A DNA stretch of 37,969 nt from Octopus bimaculoides (Eukaryota): the NCBI RefSeq assembly GCF_001194135.2, contig NC_068986.1, forward strand, positions 41,396,888 to 41,434,856, written 5' to 3'. The position numbers and the translations under genes were made by a program. The notes beneath the pieces are model-generated. The model worked only from the letters and a program-made list of their open reading frames with translations. It was not told where the DNA came from and did not search any database. The number at the start of each line of letters is the position of its first letter. Positions within the stretch are counted from its first letter, which is position 1. This document shows, piece by piece, positions 12,496-23,291 of the stretch.

Positions 12496-13339
12496 CTCGT
12501 TTCACTAAAGCAGCTAAATTCATGTACATTTTTTTTTAATGTTCTATATTATTATTTATATTTTGCATGTACTTTCTTTCGTTCACTTTGAAAATGTTTG
12601 TATTGTTGCATACACACACGCATGCACCTTTCCTCAGCGCCTGGCCTTGTGCACGCATCTGCACACATGGTTCATACACACACAAATGCTATCTCTGTCA
12701 CATTCATGCACCACACATGCCTTCCTCGCTTGTTTTCCATGCTCAATGCGCCTTTGTAGACACAACTCATCTCTGTAAGACCCTTGGCCGGTCACGCATA
12801 CATAGAGAAAGTTGTTTGTCCCTTGCAATGCGCCAGCATGTCACACTTTTGTTCATGCACGACCGAGGCATATAATACCTCATGCACCGGCTGGCAGCCT
12901 CAGCCTTACAGCATTAATCACTGGCATATTCAATACTGTACAATGTATTTGTAAGCAATGCACTAGCATTAGCCTCAGCCTTGCAAGCTCTATTGCACAC
13001 ATGCACATGCACCTTTATTATGCATCTACCGCCTTGTTTTGCAACACGTCATCATTAGCTCAATTCCAATCCCGACTCAAAGCACGTCGGATGTTCACAT
13101 GCTTTGCGGTCATGTTTAGACATAATTTTCCCCTGTTTGGTCACGTAATTAACAGAGAAAATTATCTGTCTCGCGCATCACTACACTGTCGTCCTTGCTA
13201 ACTCAGCAATTAACCACGACAACAGCACCAGACGCATTTCACTTTGCAAAAACATTCCCGGGCATTTACCATGCATTTCTTCATCTCCTTTGTTCGATCG
13301 CTTCCCTTCTCGGAACCTCACTGGCGAGGAGAGTGATGT

Positions 13340-15160
13340 AGTGGATTTTGCATGCATGAAGTGGATTCGATCCACCATAGCCAAATTTAAATTAACGCTG
13401 CAACAGAACTTTTCCCACGGTAGAACAATGGTTTTTCTGTTACAGCAGTTTTACAGGATCTATTTTAAAACGGGGGCACCAGTATTTTCTTAACGAAACA
13501 CTAACGAAACACTTTGAAACTTGGGACACTGGTAGAATGTGTCATATAAAACATCTTTTACTCTTAGTCTTCTTAACAAAAAAAAAGGAATTCGTAAGTT
13601 ATTCCATGTTAAAGTTGTCGTATTTCTGTAATTTCAACCAATCACTGACGTCTATTCAGCTGAATAAGAGTTACTGCTGGGCGGTCATAAAAATGTTATT
13701 CCCTGTGACATATTTCATCCGGTTTAATCGTAATTTATANNNNNNNNNNNNNNNNNNNNNNNNNNNNNNNNNNNNNNNNNNNNNNNNNNNNNNNNNNNNN
13801 NNNNNNNNNNNNNNNNNNNNNNNNNNNNNNNNNNNNNNNNNNNNNNNNNNNNNNNNNNNNNNNNNNNNNNNNNNNNNNNNNNNNNNNNNNNNNNNNNNNN
13901 NNNNNNNNNNNNNNNNNNNNNNNNNNNNNNNNNNNNNNNNNNNNNNNNNNNNNNNNNNNNNNNNNNNNNNNNNNNNNNNNNNNNNNNNNNNNNNNNNNNN
14001 NNNNNNNNNNNNNNNNNNNNNNNNNNNNNNNNNNNNNNNNNNNNNNNNNNNNNNNNNNNNNNNNNNNNNNNNNNNNNNNNNNNNNNNNNNNNNNNNNNNN
14101 NNNNNNNNNNNNNNNNNNNNNNNNNNNNNNNNNNNNNNNNNNNNNNNNNNNNNNNNNNNNNNNNNNNNNNNNNNNNNNNNNNNNNNNNNNNNNNNNNNNN
14201 NNNNNNNNNNNNNNNNNNNNNNNNNNNNNNNNNNNNNNNNNNNNNNNNNNNNNNNNNNNNNNNNNNNNNNNNNNNNNNNNNNNNNNNNNNNNNNNNNNNN
14301 NNNNNNNNNNNNNNNNNNNNNNNNNNNNNNNNNNNNNNNNNNNNNNNNNNNNNNNNNNNNNNNNNNNNNNNNNNNNNNNNNNNNNNNNNNNNNNNNNNNN
14401 NNNNNNNNNNNNNNNNNNNNNNNNNNNNNNNNNNNNNNNNNNNNNNNNNNNNNNNNNNNNNNNNNNNNNNNNNNNNNNNNNNNNNNNNNNNNNNNNNNNN
14501 NNNNNNNNNNNNNNNNNNNNNNNNNNNNNNNNNNNNNNNNNNNNNNNNNNNNNNNNNNNNNNNNNNNNNNNNNNNNNNNNNNNNNNNNNNNNNNNNNNNN
14601 NNNNNNNNNNNNNNNNNNNNNNNNNNNNNNNNNNNNNNNNNNNNNNNNNNNNNNNNNNNNNNNNNNNNNNNNNNNNNNNNNNNNNNNNNNNNNNNNNNNN
14701 NNNNNNNNNNNNNNNNNNNNNNNNNTAAGTATACGAAGTTTGAAAGTCTTTCCGTACCAAAAACACTACGTAAAACATTAATGAAAACTGTGGCCCCCGT
14801 TTTAAAATAGATCCCAAAATAAATAAGTATACGAAGTTTGAAAGTCTTTCCGTACCAAAAACACTACATAAAACATAAATGAAAACTGGCGCCCCCGTTT
14901 TAAAATAGATCCGTTTTACATTTTCAAGATGCCTTTAGCTAGGCCGAAATAATGTCTTCACCACTTGACCCTTTCTAACCTCTTCTACTCCACCAAAAGC
15001 TAGAATAGAGATAACAAGGCCACCAACTAAATCTATTGTTCTCATTGATATGTCTATCCTTCTGGATAGTTATAAAAACAAGAAAACTCAAGCAAAAAGT
15101 TAGTTCAGTCACCAGTCGGTGACGACTCAACGAGTTCAGTCACATGGTGACGACTCAATG
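13340..15160. repeat. Unclassified interspersed repeat, copy 1, split by a DNA transposon
   Basis: 13340-13455 and 14913-15160 align end-to-end with the uninterrupted copy at 29911-30280. Confidence 0.85.
13456..14912. mobile_element. TIR DNA transposon with GG termini and 8-bp TSD (Merlin-like); interior in assembly gap
   Basis: Left TIR GGATCTATTTTAAAACGGGGGCACCAG (from 13456); right TIR CTGGCGCCCCCGTTTTAAAATAGATCC (14886-14912). TSD GTTTTACA at 13448-13455 and 14913-14920. The superfamily is inferred from 5'-GG termini plus an 8-bp TSD. Confidence 0.85.
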
Positions 15161-16261
15161 AGAGCCTTCCACCTCAACAAACTGTGCCGACTGGAGAAGT
15201 TGAAATCAGTGCTGCAAACTGCAGACGATGCACTCGTTTATTACACAGTGCCTTCTTCGCCAACAGTGGTGCAATATACCTATTCATAAGTAGGCAGTAC
15301 TTTACCACAAGAGTGATTTAAGGTAAGTTAAGTATCATGTGTCTGACAGGCCACAATGTCCGTAGTGACAAGACAAACACACAACTTTTCGGCTAGAAAA
15401 CTATTAAATGAACGTCTTAAAATCTATGAATGGTCGTTGGATTACAGCAGGAAACATTGTCTTTTGGCAATTATTTATCAATGAACAATTTCCTCTTGGA
15501 TAAGTTAGAAATTGATAGTAGTTATCAAACTTGCGTGAGATAAAATATTAATTAGTAATACATTTACATATTACCAAGCCAATATAAATATATCAATATT
15601 TCATTTTGTAACAGGTTACAGCCGGTTTGTGTGTTGCTAGCTGATCTCATATGTTAATGACATGTTACTATTGCTGGGTGTTATAAAACTGTAGTCTTCC
15701 ACTCGTAGGAGAAATCTCCCAGCTGGAATTAAACATTATCTTAATGTTGCTTTTCAAAGTAGATCTTAACCAGTTGAGAGTCACAGTACTGACTTGTTCG
15801 TAGCTATTTACTGTAATTTAAACAAACGCGAAAAGATGTGAGGAACGTCTGAAGTTGTGTTAGAATGGTGTAAAATGTGTTGATTTAATCTCATACGAAC
15901 GGGATCTTTCATGACAAAATTATTATGTTCGTCACTTGATATGACATTCTACATTTGAAGATAACGTTTGCTGAAACATAAGACGGCCAGAGGAAAGAAT
16001 CATTAGAGTTCATGATTCTATGACCTTCGCTCGCCATCTTCATGATTCTATGACCAGCAAGGGTCATAGAATCATGAAGAGGCACATCCCGTTGGATTTT
16101 GAGTGTTCTTGAATGTTGTGGTTCATGTATTGACCTGGTGTAAACAGTTTTTTCTAATGATGTAATGGTTCCATTAATCAATTAAAAATTCGTTGGAAAC
16201 AGCTGTAGTGAATCGACACATTATCCATCTGTTGTTATTTATTCATATATATATATATATA

Positions 16262-16462
16262 TGGGAGAATGTACAAAAAAAAACAACAGACGAGGACAGG
16301 TGGTGTAAACAACAAAAGGATGTATTAGTTTGACGCTCGGGAATATATAAAGTCTTTAACGTTTCGAGCTACGCTCTTCAACAGAAAGAATACAGAGAAA
16401 ACAAGGAGAAAAACACGGAGAAAAAAAATTGAATGGTGTTTAGTCAGCGATTAATCATGGTG
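16262..16462 (-). mobile_element. Short hammerhead-bearing repeat, family HH-A, copy 2 (bounded unit)
   Basis: About 200 bp, flanked on both sides by (TA)n; homologous to copies 1 and 3. Confidence 0.85.
16353..16389 (-). ncRNA. Minimal type-I hammerhead ribozyme motif (HH-A copy 2, GUU triplet)
   Basis: Minus strand reads UCUUU-CUGUUGA-A-GAGC GUA GCUC-GAAA-C-GUU-AAAGA. Confidence 0.65.
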
Positions 16463-16541
16463 TATATATATATATATATATATATATAAATGAAATATTC
16501 AAACACTGAGATTTGAAGTTAGATGTCACTATATATATATA

Positions 16542-17649
16542 TGTAAGAACGACCGTGCGAACTCAAAAAGGAGAAATGGTGACGAATGGAAAAAAACAGG
16601 ACTCCTTTTATTTAAACGCGTCACACGGTCGAACACAAAAGATATTATATCAAATATGATATACAAAATAATGTTATACTTCGATAACATTAGTGAATTC
16701 GTAAATACCAGTAATGAAGATGATAGAAGATGATAAACACAACCGTATGAGATGAATAACAGAATTATTTATTGTGGCATTAAAGATGTATGTCTGTGTG
16801 TGAGTGTGAATGCGACATATAAAAACATAATAAAAGACAGGCCGTCGTATAAAAAAAGAGTGTGTGTGAGGGATACATGTATGTGTATGCGTTATATACA
16901 GCAGATAAAAAGAGTCAGTAACACGTGTGAGCTTTTATACCAGTTCGTTGAGTACACAATAGGAAGAGTCTGTATGTGAAAGAAGTTGAGGCTGTGTGTG
17001 TGGCAGAGCGATCACTAGTTGTGATGTTGTGGCTTCGATGCCGGACCGGGTTCTTGTTATACAGNNNNNNNNNNTGTGAAAGAAGTTGAGGCTGTGTGTG
17101 TGGCAGAGCGATCACTAGTTGTGATGTTGTGGCTTCGATGCCGGACCGGGTTCTTGTTATACAGATGTTCGTCGCTGGCTGAATTCTCTTGTCTATTATT
17201 AATCGTGGTGAATATGAAACACCTAACAGAATCGAAGAGAGAGAGATGTACCGCGGTGGTTTGGATTAGTGTACATAGAAAGTCGTGTTGACTATGGTTG
17301 GAGGTGCTGGTGGCGAAGATCAATGCTTGGTAGTAGTCGTAGACTCGTGTTGCTCATGGCGACGGCAGTGGTAATCTTGGCTGGACGAAGCTGTTGATGG
17401 AGTCGCTGGAACTGCTGCTGCTGCTGTGTGTGGTACACGGGACAGATCTCAAAGAGAACTGAACCGAGACGAATTTTGCCGCTGAGTTAAAGCTATTTAA
17501 AGCAAAATAGGGGCTCCAAGACCGTAGTAGAAAAACACTATCACGTGACCTTATTGGTCAGTTTGCGTTCTGGCGGGAAAGGTTCGAAGAATTTGCCGCT
17601 TCAAATAATAATCAGTCACGTGATGACAGGCAAATGTGTTTTCCGCTAC
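16542..17649 (-). mobile_element. LTR-like element, family L, copy 1 (truncated by gap)
   Basis: The minus strand ends ...CTTACA against a (TA)n tract. CCAAT, TATA-like TTTAAATAG, two CACGTG boxes and AATAAA are present. The 3' portion is homologous to 36490-36710. Confidence 0.55.
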
Positions 17650-19399
17650 NNNNNNNNNNNNNNNNNNNNNNNNNNNNNNNNNNNNNNNNNNNNNNNNNNN
17701 NNNNNNNNNNNNNNNNNNNNNNNNNNNNNNNNNNNNNNNNNNNNNNNNNNNNNNNNNNNNNNNNNNNNNNNNNNNNNNNNNNNNNNNNNNNNNNNNNNNN
17801 NNNNNNNNNNNNNNNNNNNNNNNNNNNNNNNNNNNNNNNNNNNNNNNNNNNNNNNNNNNNNNNNNNNNNNNNNNNNNNNNNNNNNNNNNNNNNNNNNNNN
17901 NNNNNNNNNNNNNNNNNNNNNNNNNNNNNNNNNNNNNNNNNNNNNNNNNNNNNNNNNNNNNNNNNNNNNNNNNNNNNNNNNNNNNNNNNNNNNNNNNNNN
18001 NNNNNNNNNNNNNNNNNNNNNNNNNNNNNNNNNNNNNNNNNNNNNNNNNNNNNNNNNNNNNNNNNNNNNNNNNNNNNNNNNNNNNNNNNNNNNNNNNNNN
18101 NNNNNNNNNNNNNNNNNNNNNNNNNNNNNNNNNNNNNNNNNNNNNNNNNNNNNNNNNNNNNNNNNNNNNNNNNNNNNNNNNNNNNNNNNNNNNNNNNNNN
18201 NNNNNNNNNNNNNNNNNNNNNNNNNNNNNNNNNNNNNNNNNNNNNNNNNNNNNNNNNNNNNNNNNNNNNNNNNNNNNNNNNNNNNNNNNNNNNNNNNNNN
18301 NNNNNNNNNNNNNNNNNNNNNNNNNNNNNNNNNNNNNNNNNNNNNNNNNNNNNNNNNNNNNNNNNNNNNNNNNNNNNNNNNNNNNNNNNNNNNNNNNNNN
18401 NNNNNNNNNNNNNNNNNNNNNNNNNNNNNNNNNNNNNNNNNNNNNNNNNNNNNNNNNNNNNNNNNNNNNNNNNNNNNNNNNNNNNNNNNNNNNNNNNNNN
18501 NNNNNNNNNNNNNNNNNNNNNNNNNNNNNNNNNNNNNNNNNNNNNNNNNNNNNNNNNNNNNNNNNNNNNNNNNNNNNNNNNNNNNNNNNNNNNNNNNNNN
18601 NNNNNNTATATATATATATATATATATCAGGGGAGGCTCCACGTCATGAGTGTCACTCCGGCTCATCACAAGTTTTGAATAAGACACATGCCTGCTCGAA
18701 GTATTTCACGTTTTTCCGCTTTATTTCTAACCCCAAATGGGTTATTATTTTTATATCTAGTACTATGTTTTTCTCCATTTTTAAGTTAAGGGTAAAAATA
18801 AGCAACCCTTCAAACCACAACTGATCTTTACACACAGACGCACAAAATAACAGTAATCACCAGCGGGGTGCACGACAAATCAGCAATCTGATTGTCGCCT
18901 GTACTCTTGACTAGTGATGCCACTTAGTCTTTTACACCTATCAGGCTCGTTCGTATTAGCCCGAGTTGCTGGATAATTTTTCGTTCCTTTAAGAATGTTG
19001 TAGAACGGAAATTTAAATCCTAATCTCTATAGAAATTTATTGTTTCAAGCAAACATTGAATCTGAATTACTTTTAATTTTTACGATTATATAGCAACTTG
19101 GGTTGTAACTTCTGAGCCTAATGTCAGGTGCATGTGAACGATGTCGAGAGAACGTCTTCTGCTACGAATGATATTTTTTGACACAGGGCACTTCTGCGAC
19201 ACCACCAGACGCTGAACGAAGATAAATGAACTGCGACCAGGCTCAATAAAAGGAGCCTGAGTTATTGGCTGCAATTACATACTTGAAATCAGTGTTGGCA
19301 GAAATTAAATCATCTTGCAAATACATGTTCACTTTACTAAATTTATACTCGGTCTAAGCCCGAACAGCCCGAGTATAAATTTAGTAAAGTATATATATA

Positions 19400-19666
19400 T
19401 ATACTCGCAGAGGCACCCGGCGTTGCTCGGGAATGAAATTGTTGCTTATATACTTGAAGAAAAAAAAGGCAAAATATGCTGTATAGAAATTTGAGGACAT
19501 TCTGTAGATGGACTCTCAGATGAAAGATGGCTGGGCGCCTCTCATGAATGGGAAAATTGACGATGTGCCAAAAAGCCTCATTGGTACTTGGAAACTTTTA
19601 CGAAAATTAAAATGGGGATTAAATGAAAAAAATGATTTACGTGAATATCCTCACAAGAGTAATTGA
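19400..19666 (+). mobile_element. Helentron-associated (HINE-like) element 5' end
   Basis: TACTCGCAGAGGCACCCGGCGTTGCTCGGG directly after a TA tract; same motif as 4675-4703. Confidence 0.5.
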
Positions 19667-20481
19667 NNNNNNNNNNNNNNNNNNNNNNNNNNNNNNNNNN
19701 NNNNNNNNNNNNNNNNNNNNNNNNNNNNNNNNNNNNNNNNNNNNNNNNNNNNNNNNNNNNNNNNNNNNNNNNNNNNNNNNNNNNNNNNNNNNNNNNNNNN
19801 NNNNNNNNNNNNNNNNNNNNNNNNNNNNNNNNNNNNNNNNNNNNNNNNNNNNNNNNNNNNNNNNNNNNNNNNNNNNNNNNNNNNNNNNNNNNNNNNNNNN
19901 NNNNNNNNNNNNNNNNNNNNNNNNNNNNNNNNNNNNNNNNNNNNNNNNNNNNNNNNNNNNNNNNNNNNNNNNNNNNNNNNNNNNNNNNNNNNNNNNNNNN
20001 NNNNNNNNNNNNNNNNNNNNNNNNNNNNNNNNNNNNNNNNNNNNNNNNNNNNNNNNNNNNNNNNNNNNNNNNNNNNNNNNNNNNNNNNNNNNNNNNNNNN
20101 NNNNNNNNNNNNNNNNNNNNNNNNNNNNNNNNNNNNNNNNNNNNNNNNNNNNNNNNNNNNNNNNNNNNNNNNNNNNNNNNNNNNNNNNNNNNNNNNNNNN
20201 NNNNNNNNNNNNNNNNNNNNNNNNNNNNNNNNNNNNNNNNNNNNNNNNNNNNNNNNNNNNNNNNNNNNNNNNNNNNNNNNNNNNNNNNNNNNNNNNNNNN
20301 NNNNNNNNNNNNNNNNNNNNNNNNNNNNNNNNNNNNNNNNNNNNNNNNNNNNNNNNNNNNNNNNNNNNNNNNNNNNNNNNNNNNNNNNNNNNNNNNNNNN
20401 NNNNNNNNNNNNNNNNNNNNNNNNNNNNNNNNNNNNNNNNNNNNNNNNNNNNNNNNNNNNNNNNNNNNNNNNNNNNNNNNN

Positions 20482-20518
<37 letters not shown>

Positions 20519-20624
20519 ACTTGGGGATGGTCATATTGCCAGTTTAGCCAATAAAAACACACGCACTGTATATTTGGTGTTAATTTGCTTCAGCTTTATA
20601 TTACATTAATCTTAATCTTATTTC

Positions 20625-20669
20625 GGCCAGAGTTCTTTCGTCACACTTCTGTGACCTCATCAGTGGTCC
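20625..20669 (-). ncRNA. Type-I hammerhead ribozyme motif with canonical core (family HH-B)
   Basis: Minus strand reads GGACCA-CUGAUGA-G-GUCACA GAAG UGUGAC-GAAA-GAA-CUC-UGGCC: stem I GG(A)CCA/UGGCC, perfect 6-bp stem II, CUC triplet. Confidence 0.8.
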
Positions 20670-20832
20670 TTTGTTTCCTTCCTTCTTATGTGTGTCTCAC
20701 CTTGCTATGTCACCCCGACATCCGAAACTCAGCAACCAGATGTAGACATACATAACTAACTATTGGGGTATCTGGTTATATCACCAGATACTTAAGCATT
20801 ATCTTTATTTTTCGTATCGCTTCCGCCATAGT

Positions 20833-20890
20833 GCTGTTGTTGTTGTTGTTGTTGTCGTCGTCGTCGTCGTCTTCGTCGTTGATGTTGTTA
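20833..20890. repeat. (GTT)n(GTC)n trinucleotide repeat
   Basis: Directly visible. Confidence 0.9.
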
Positions 20891-21027
20891 AGTTTCAAAA
20901 ACGCGGAACAATATTCATTCTTTATTTAGGGAATTTAATAGAAAAAGTAAAGAGAACTGGCGGCATCAAAGTTCGTTTCCTGCATTCTTTGTCTTATTTT
21001 TATTCATTTATTTATTTTATTTTACAG

Positions 21028-21591
21028 GTTGTTCGGGTAACAAAGTGGATGTTTTTTTCATATTTGATTCTTCTGACACTATCACAGATGAAAACTTTCG
21101 AAACGAACTAATTTTTGCGACTAACTTTGCCCTTGGAGTTAAAACCATTGGAAAGCGAGGAATACAGATAGGAATACAGACCTATGCAACACAAACCCAA
21201 ACCATTTTTTATCTTGATTCATATGATGACAAAACTGATATGATTACTAGAATTACAAGTATAAAACGTTTGAGCGGAATGTCTAATTTACATATAGCTT
21301 TAGAAGAAGTAAAGAAGCATGGATTCAGTTCGTCTCTGGGTTCCAGAAGTTTGGCTCATAAAGTAGCTATTATAATAACCAATGGAATTATTTCGAGTTG
21401 GGCAAAGACTATTTCAGCAGCGAAAAGTCTTATGCAGGATCATGTCCAACTTATTGTCATTGGTGTTGGCGCGAATATAAACCCCAGAGCGTTTTCAAAT
21501 ATCGCGTCCTCGGGGAAAGATATCTTCGTTGTGCCGAGGTTTAATGCTTTGGGAAATCTTCAACGGCAGATAAAAGAATCTACTTGTAAAA
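21028..21591 (+). CDS. Exon encoding VWA domain 1 of a multi-VWA extracellular-matrix protein (collagen VI/matrilin-like)
   Basis: Acceptor ttttacag|GT and donor A|gtaagt; 564 nt, phase 1-1. Reads GCSGNKVDVFFIFDSSDT...IGIQTY...HKVAIIITNG...LIVIGVG...IASS...TCK, matching the VWA strand/helix pattern with terminal cysteines. Confidence 0.92.
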
Positions 21592-21832
21592 GTAAGTGAC
21601 TTTTGTAAAATGCTTTTTTTATAAAAGATATACAATGTATCAAGTTTTGAAGGGACGTTACGAAAATCCAACATTATAGTTATTGATTCCCGATATACGC
21701 AATCGAGATAGTATTTAATTAAAATAGCCATCTATGTATCATGCACTGTCAATAGGCCAGTTACTGTAGTATGTATCCTGAGATAAACATTTCTCATGGG
21801 CTTTCCGTATTGAAAACACAATAAATATCAGA

Positions 21833-21845
21833 GAGAGGAGGGAGA

Positions 21846-21898
<53 letters not shown>

Positions 21899-21908
21899 GG
21901 GGGGGGAG
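21833..21908. repeat. (GA)n microsatellite in the VWA intron
   Basis: Directly visible. Confidence 0.95.
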
Positions 21909-22017
21909 AGAAATTCATCCTAGCAGCGACCAGCGAGAGCGGCAGACACATTTTTGTCCTTTTGAGACCGTTTTAATGGCTGACATGCAATGGCGTTCTC
22001 GCTAGCTACTGCTAGAT

Positions 22018-22417
22018 CAGTGGTTCTTAAGAGTTTTTTGTTTTTATCAATGGATCCCTTTGATTACTATTTCATTCTAGTGGATTCCCACAGCCATTCG
22101 ATGTTTAAAAACTAGTTTTATAGAAACTTCTTCCAAAATTCCTATTTTGTTCTCCACACTTTAACCTGTCGTAGGTTGACCCATGTAAAATGTTAGAGAA
22201 AGAAAGCTAGCTGTTTCTTGCAATACATACGAATATATGCATCTAAAGCAAAATATTTTCAGGGGCCCTTAAAATACTATTCTCTAGGGCGGGTAAAATT
22301 CCCGAGATTAAAATACTATTGTGGATCCCCAATTTGCTATTTTGTGGCGTAGACCCCCCCCCCCCAAATCTTGTATGGACCCTCAGGGGCCATATGGACC
22401 ACGGTTGAGAACCACTA
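22018..22417. mobile_element. hAT (Charlie-like) MITE in the VWA intron
   Basis: TIRs CAGTGGTTCTTAA and TTGAGAACCACTA; 8-bp TSD TGCTAGAT/TGCTAAAT (7 of 8). A second copy is at about 32270-32612. Confidence 0.85.
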
Positions 22418-23291
22418 TGCTAAATGAATTTTCGCCTCCTCCGAATACTTAATGTTTCTAACACATGAAGTCCATAATGGGATGTTATCTCGGGACAAAT
22501 ACTACAGCAAGTAGCCTATCGACAGTGTGTATACATTATGACATATAGTTAATTATATTTAACTATTGATTTATTTTGACTAGGCACAGATCAATATAGA
22601 AGTAGAACCTTTTATATCCAATGCAGGTGGAACTCACATTTCATTTGGGAATGTATATTTAGATACGGTATTAATTGTAGAGCTTTCTGAAATCCTACAA
22701 TATTCCAAGTTAATTAGTGAACAGCAGTATTTAAGGTGTTGCTGGTTGATTTCTCATCAACTTATGTTGTAGCTGATTTTATGTGCTATTATTTTCTGTG
22801 ATGAGCAGAATTCTCACATATGGATCTGAAGAAAAGAAAACTAGTTATTGGAAATATGCATTATAAACTACAACGTGTGTTACGTATTACGAAGTTTTAG
22901 AAGAACCTCATAGAGCAAAATATAAGTATAACAACGACTTTCCGAACTCTGATTGTCCGGGATCTCTTATAATCCACACTGATAACTCACGAACATGAAA
23001 CGAAAGACCTTGTGGCTGCCAGGCTTGTTCACCAGCACCTTGCACAAATTAGTACCTCGCATAATAATGAATTACTTGTGTCATTTATACTAATGTGCAG
23101 GTACCTGTAATTTATTTAATCATTTAAGTTAAATTTGACATTTGTTTAACTTTGAGTGTGATCATTCTTGGTTCGGAAAAATCAGTAATACAGAATAGCT
23201 TTCGAAACGAAGGTTCCGAAAAATCGATGCTGTACCTGTATGTAATTTTTTTTTTCTATTCTTCCAGTAATGCAAATTATTTCCTTTCCAG

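Noticed and set aside
14925-14965. GCC...GGCCGAAA...GTC hammerhead-like half (also at about 30040)
   Set aside because: No CUGANGA and no stem I in either copy.
16975-17164. Exact ~90-bp tandem duplication
   Set aside because: The identical copies flank a 10-N gap, typical of an unmerged contig overlap.
19120-19180. Cys-rich peptide GACERCRENVFCYE as a possible upstream exon
   Set aside because: Immediate in-frame stop, weak acceptor and no recognisable domain.
19349-19372. Twister-ribozyme P4-like loop (CGG-UCUAAGC-CCG)
   Set aside because: It lies inside a perfect inverted repeat and lacks the L1 internal loop and pseudoknot partners.
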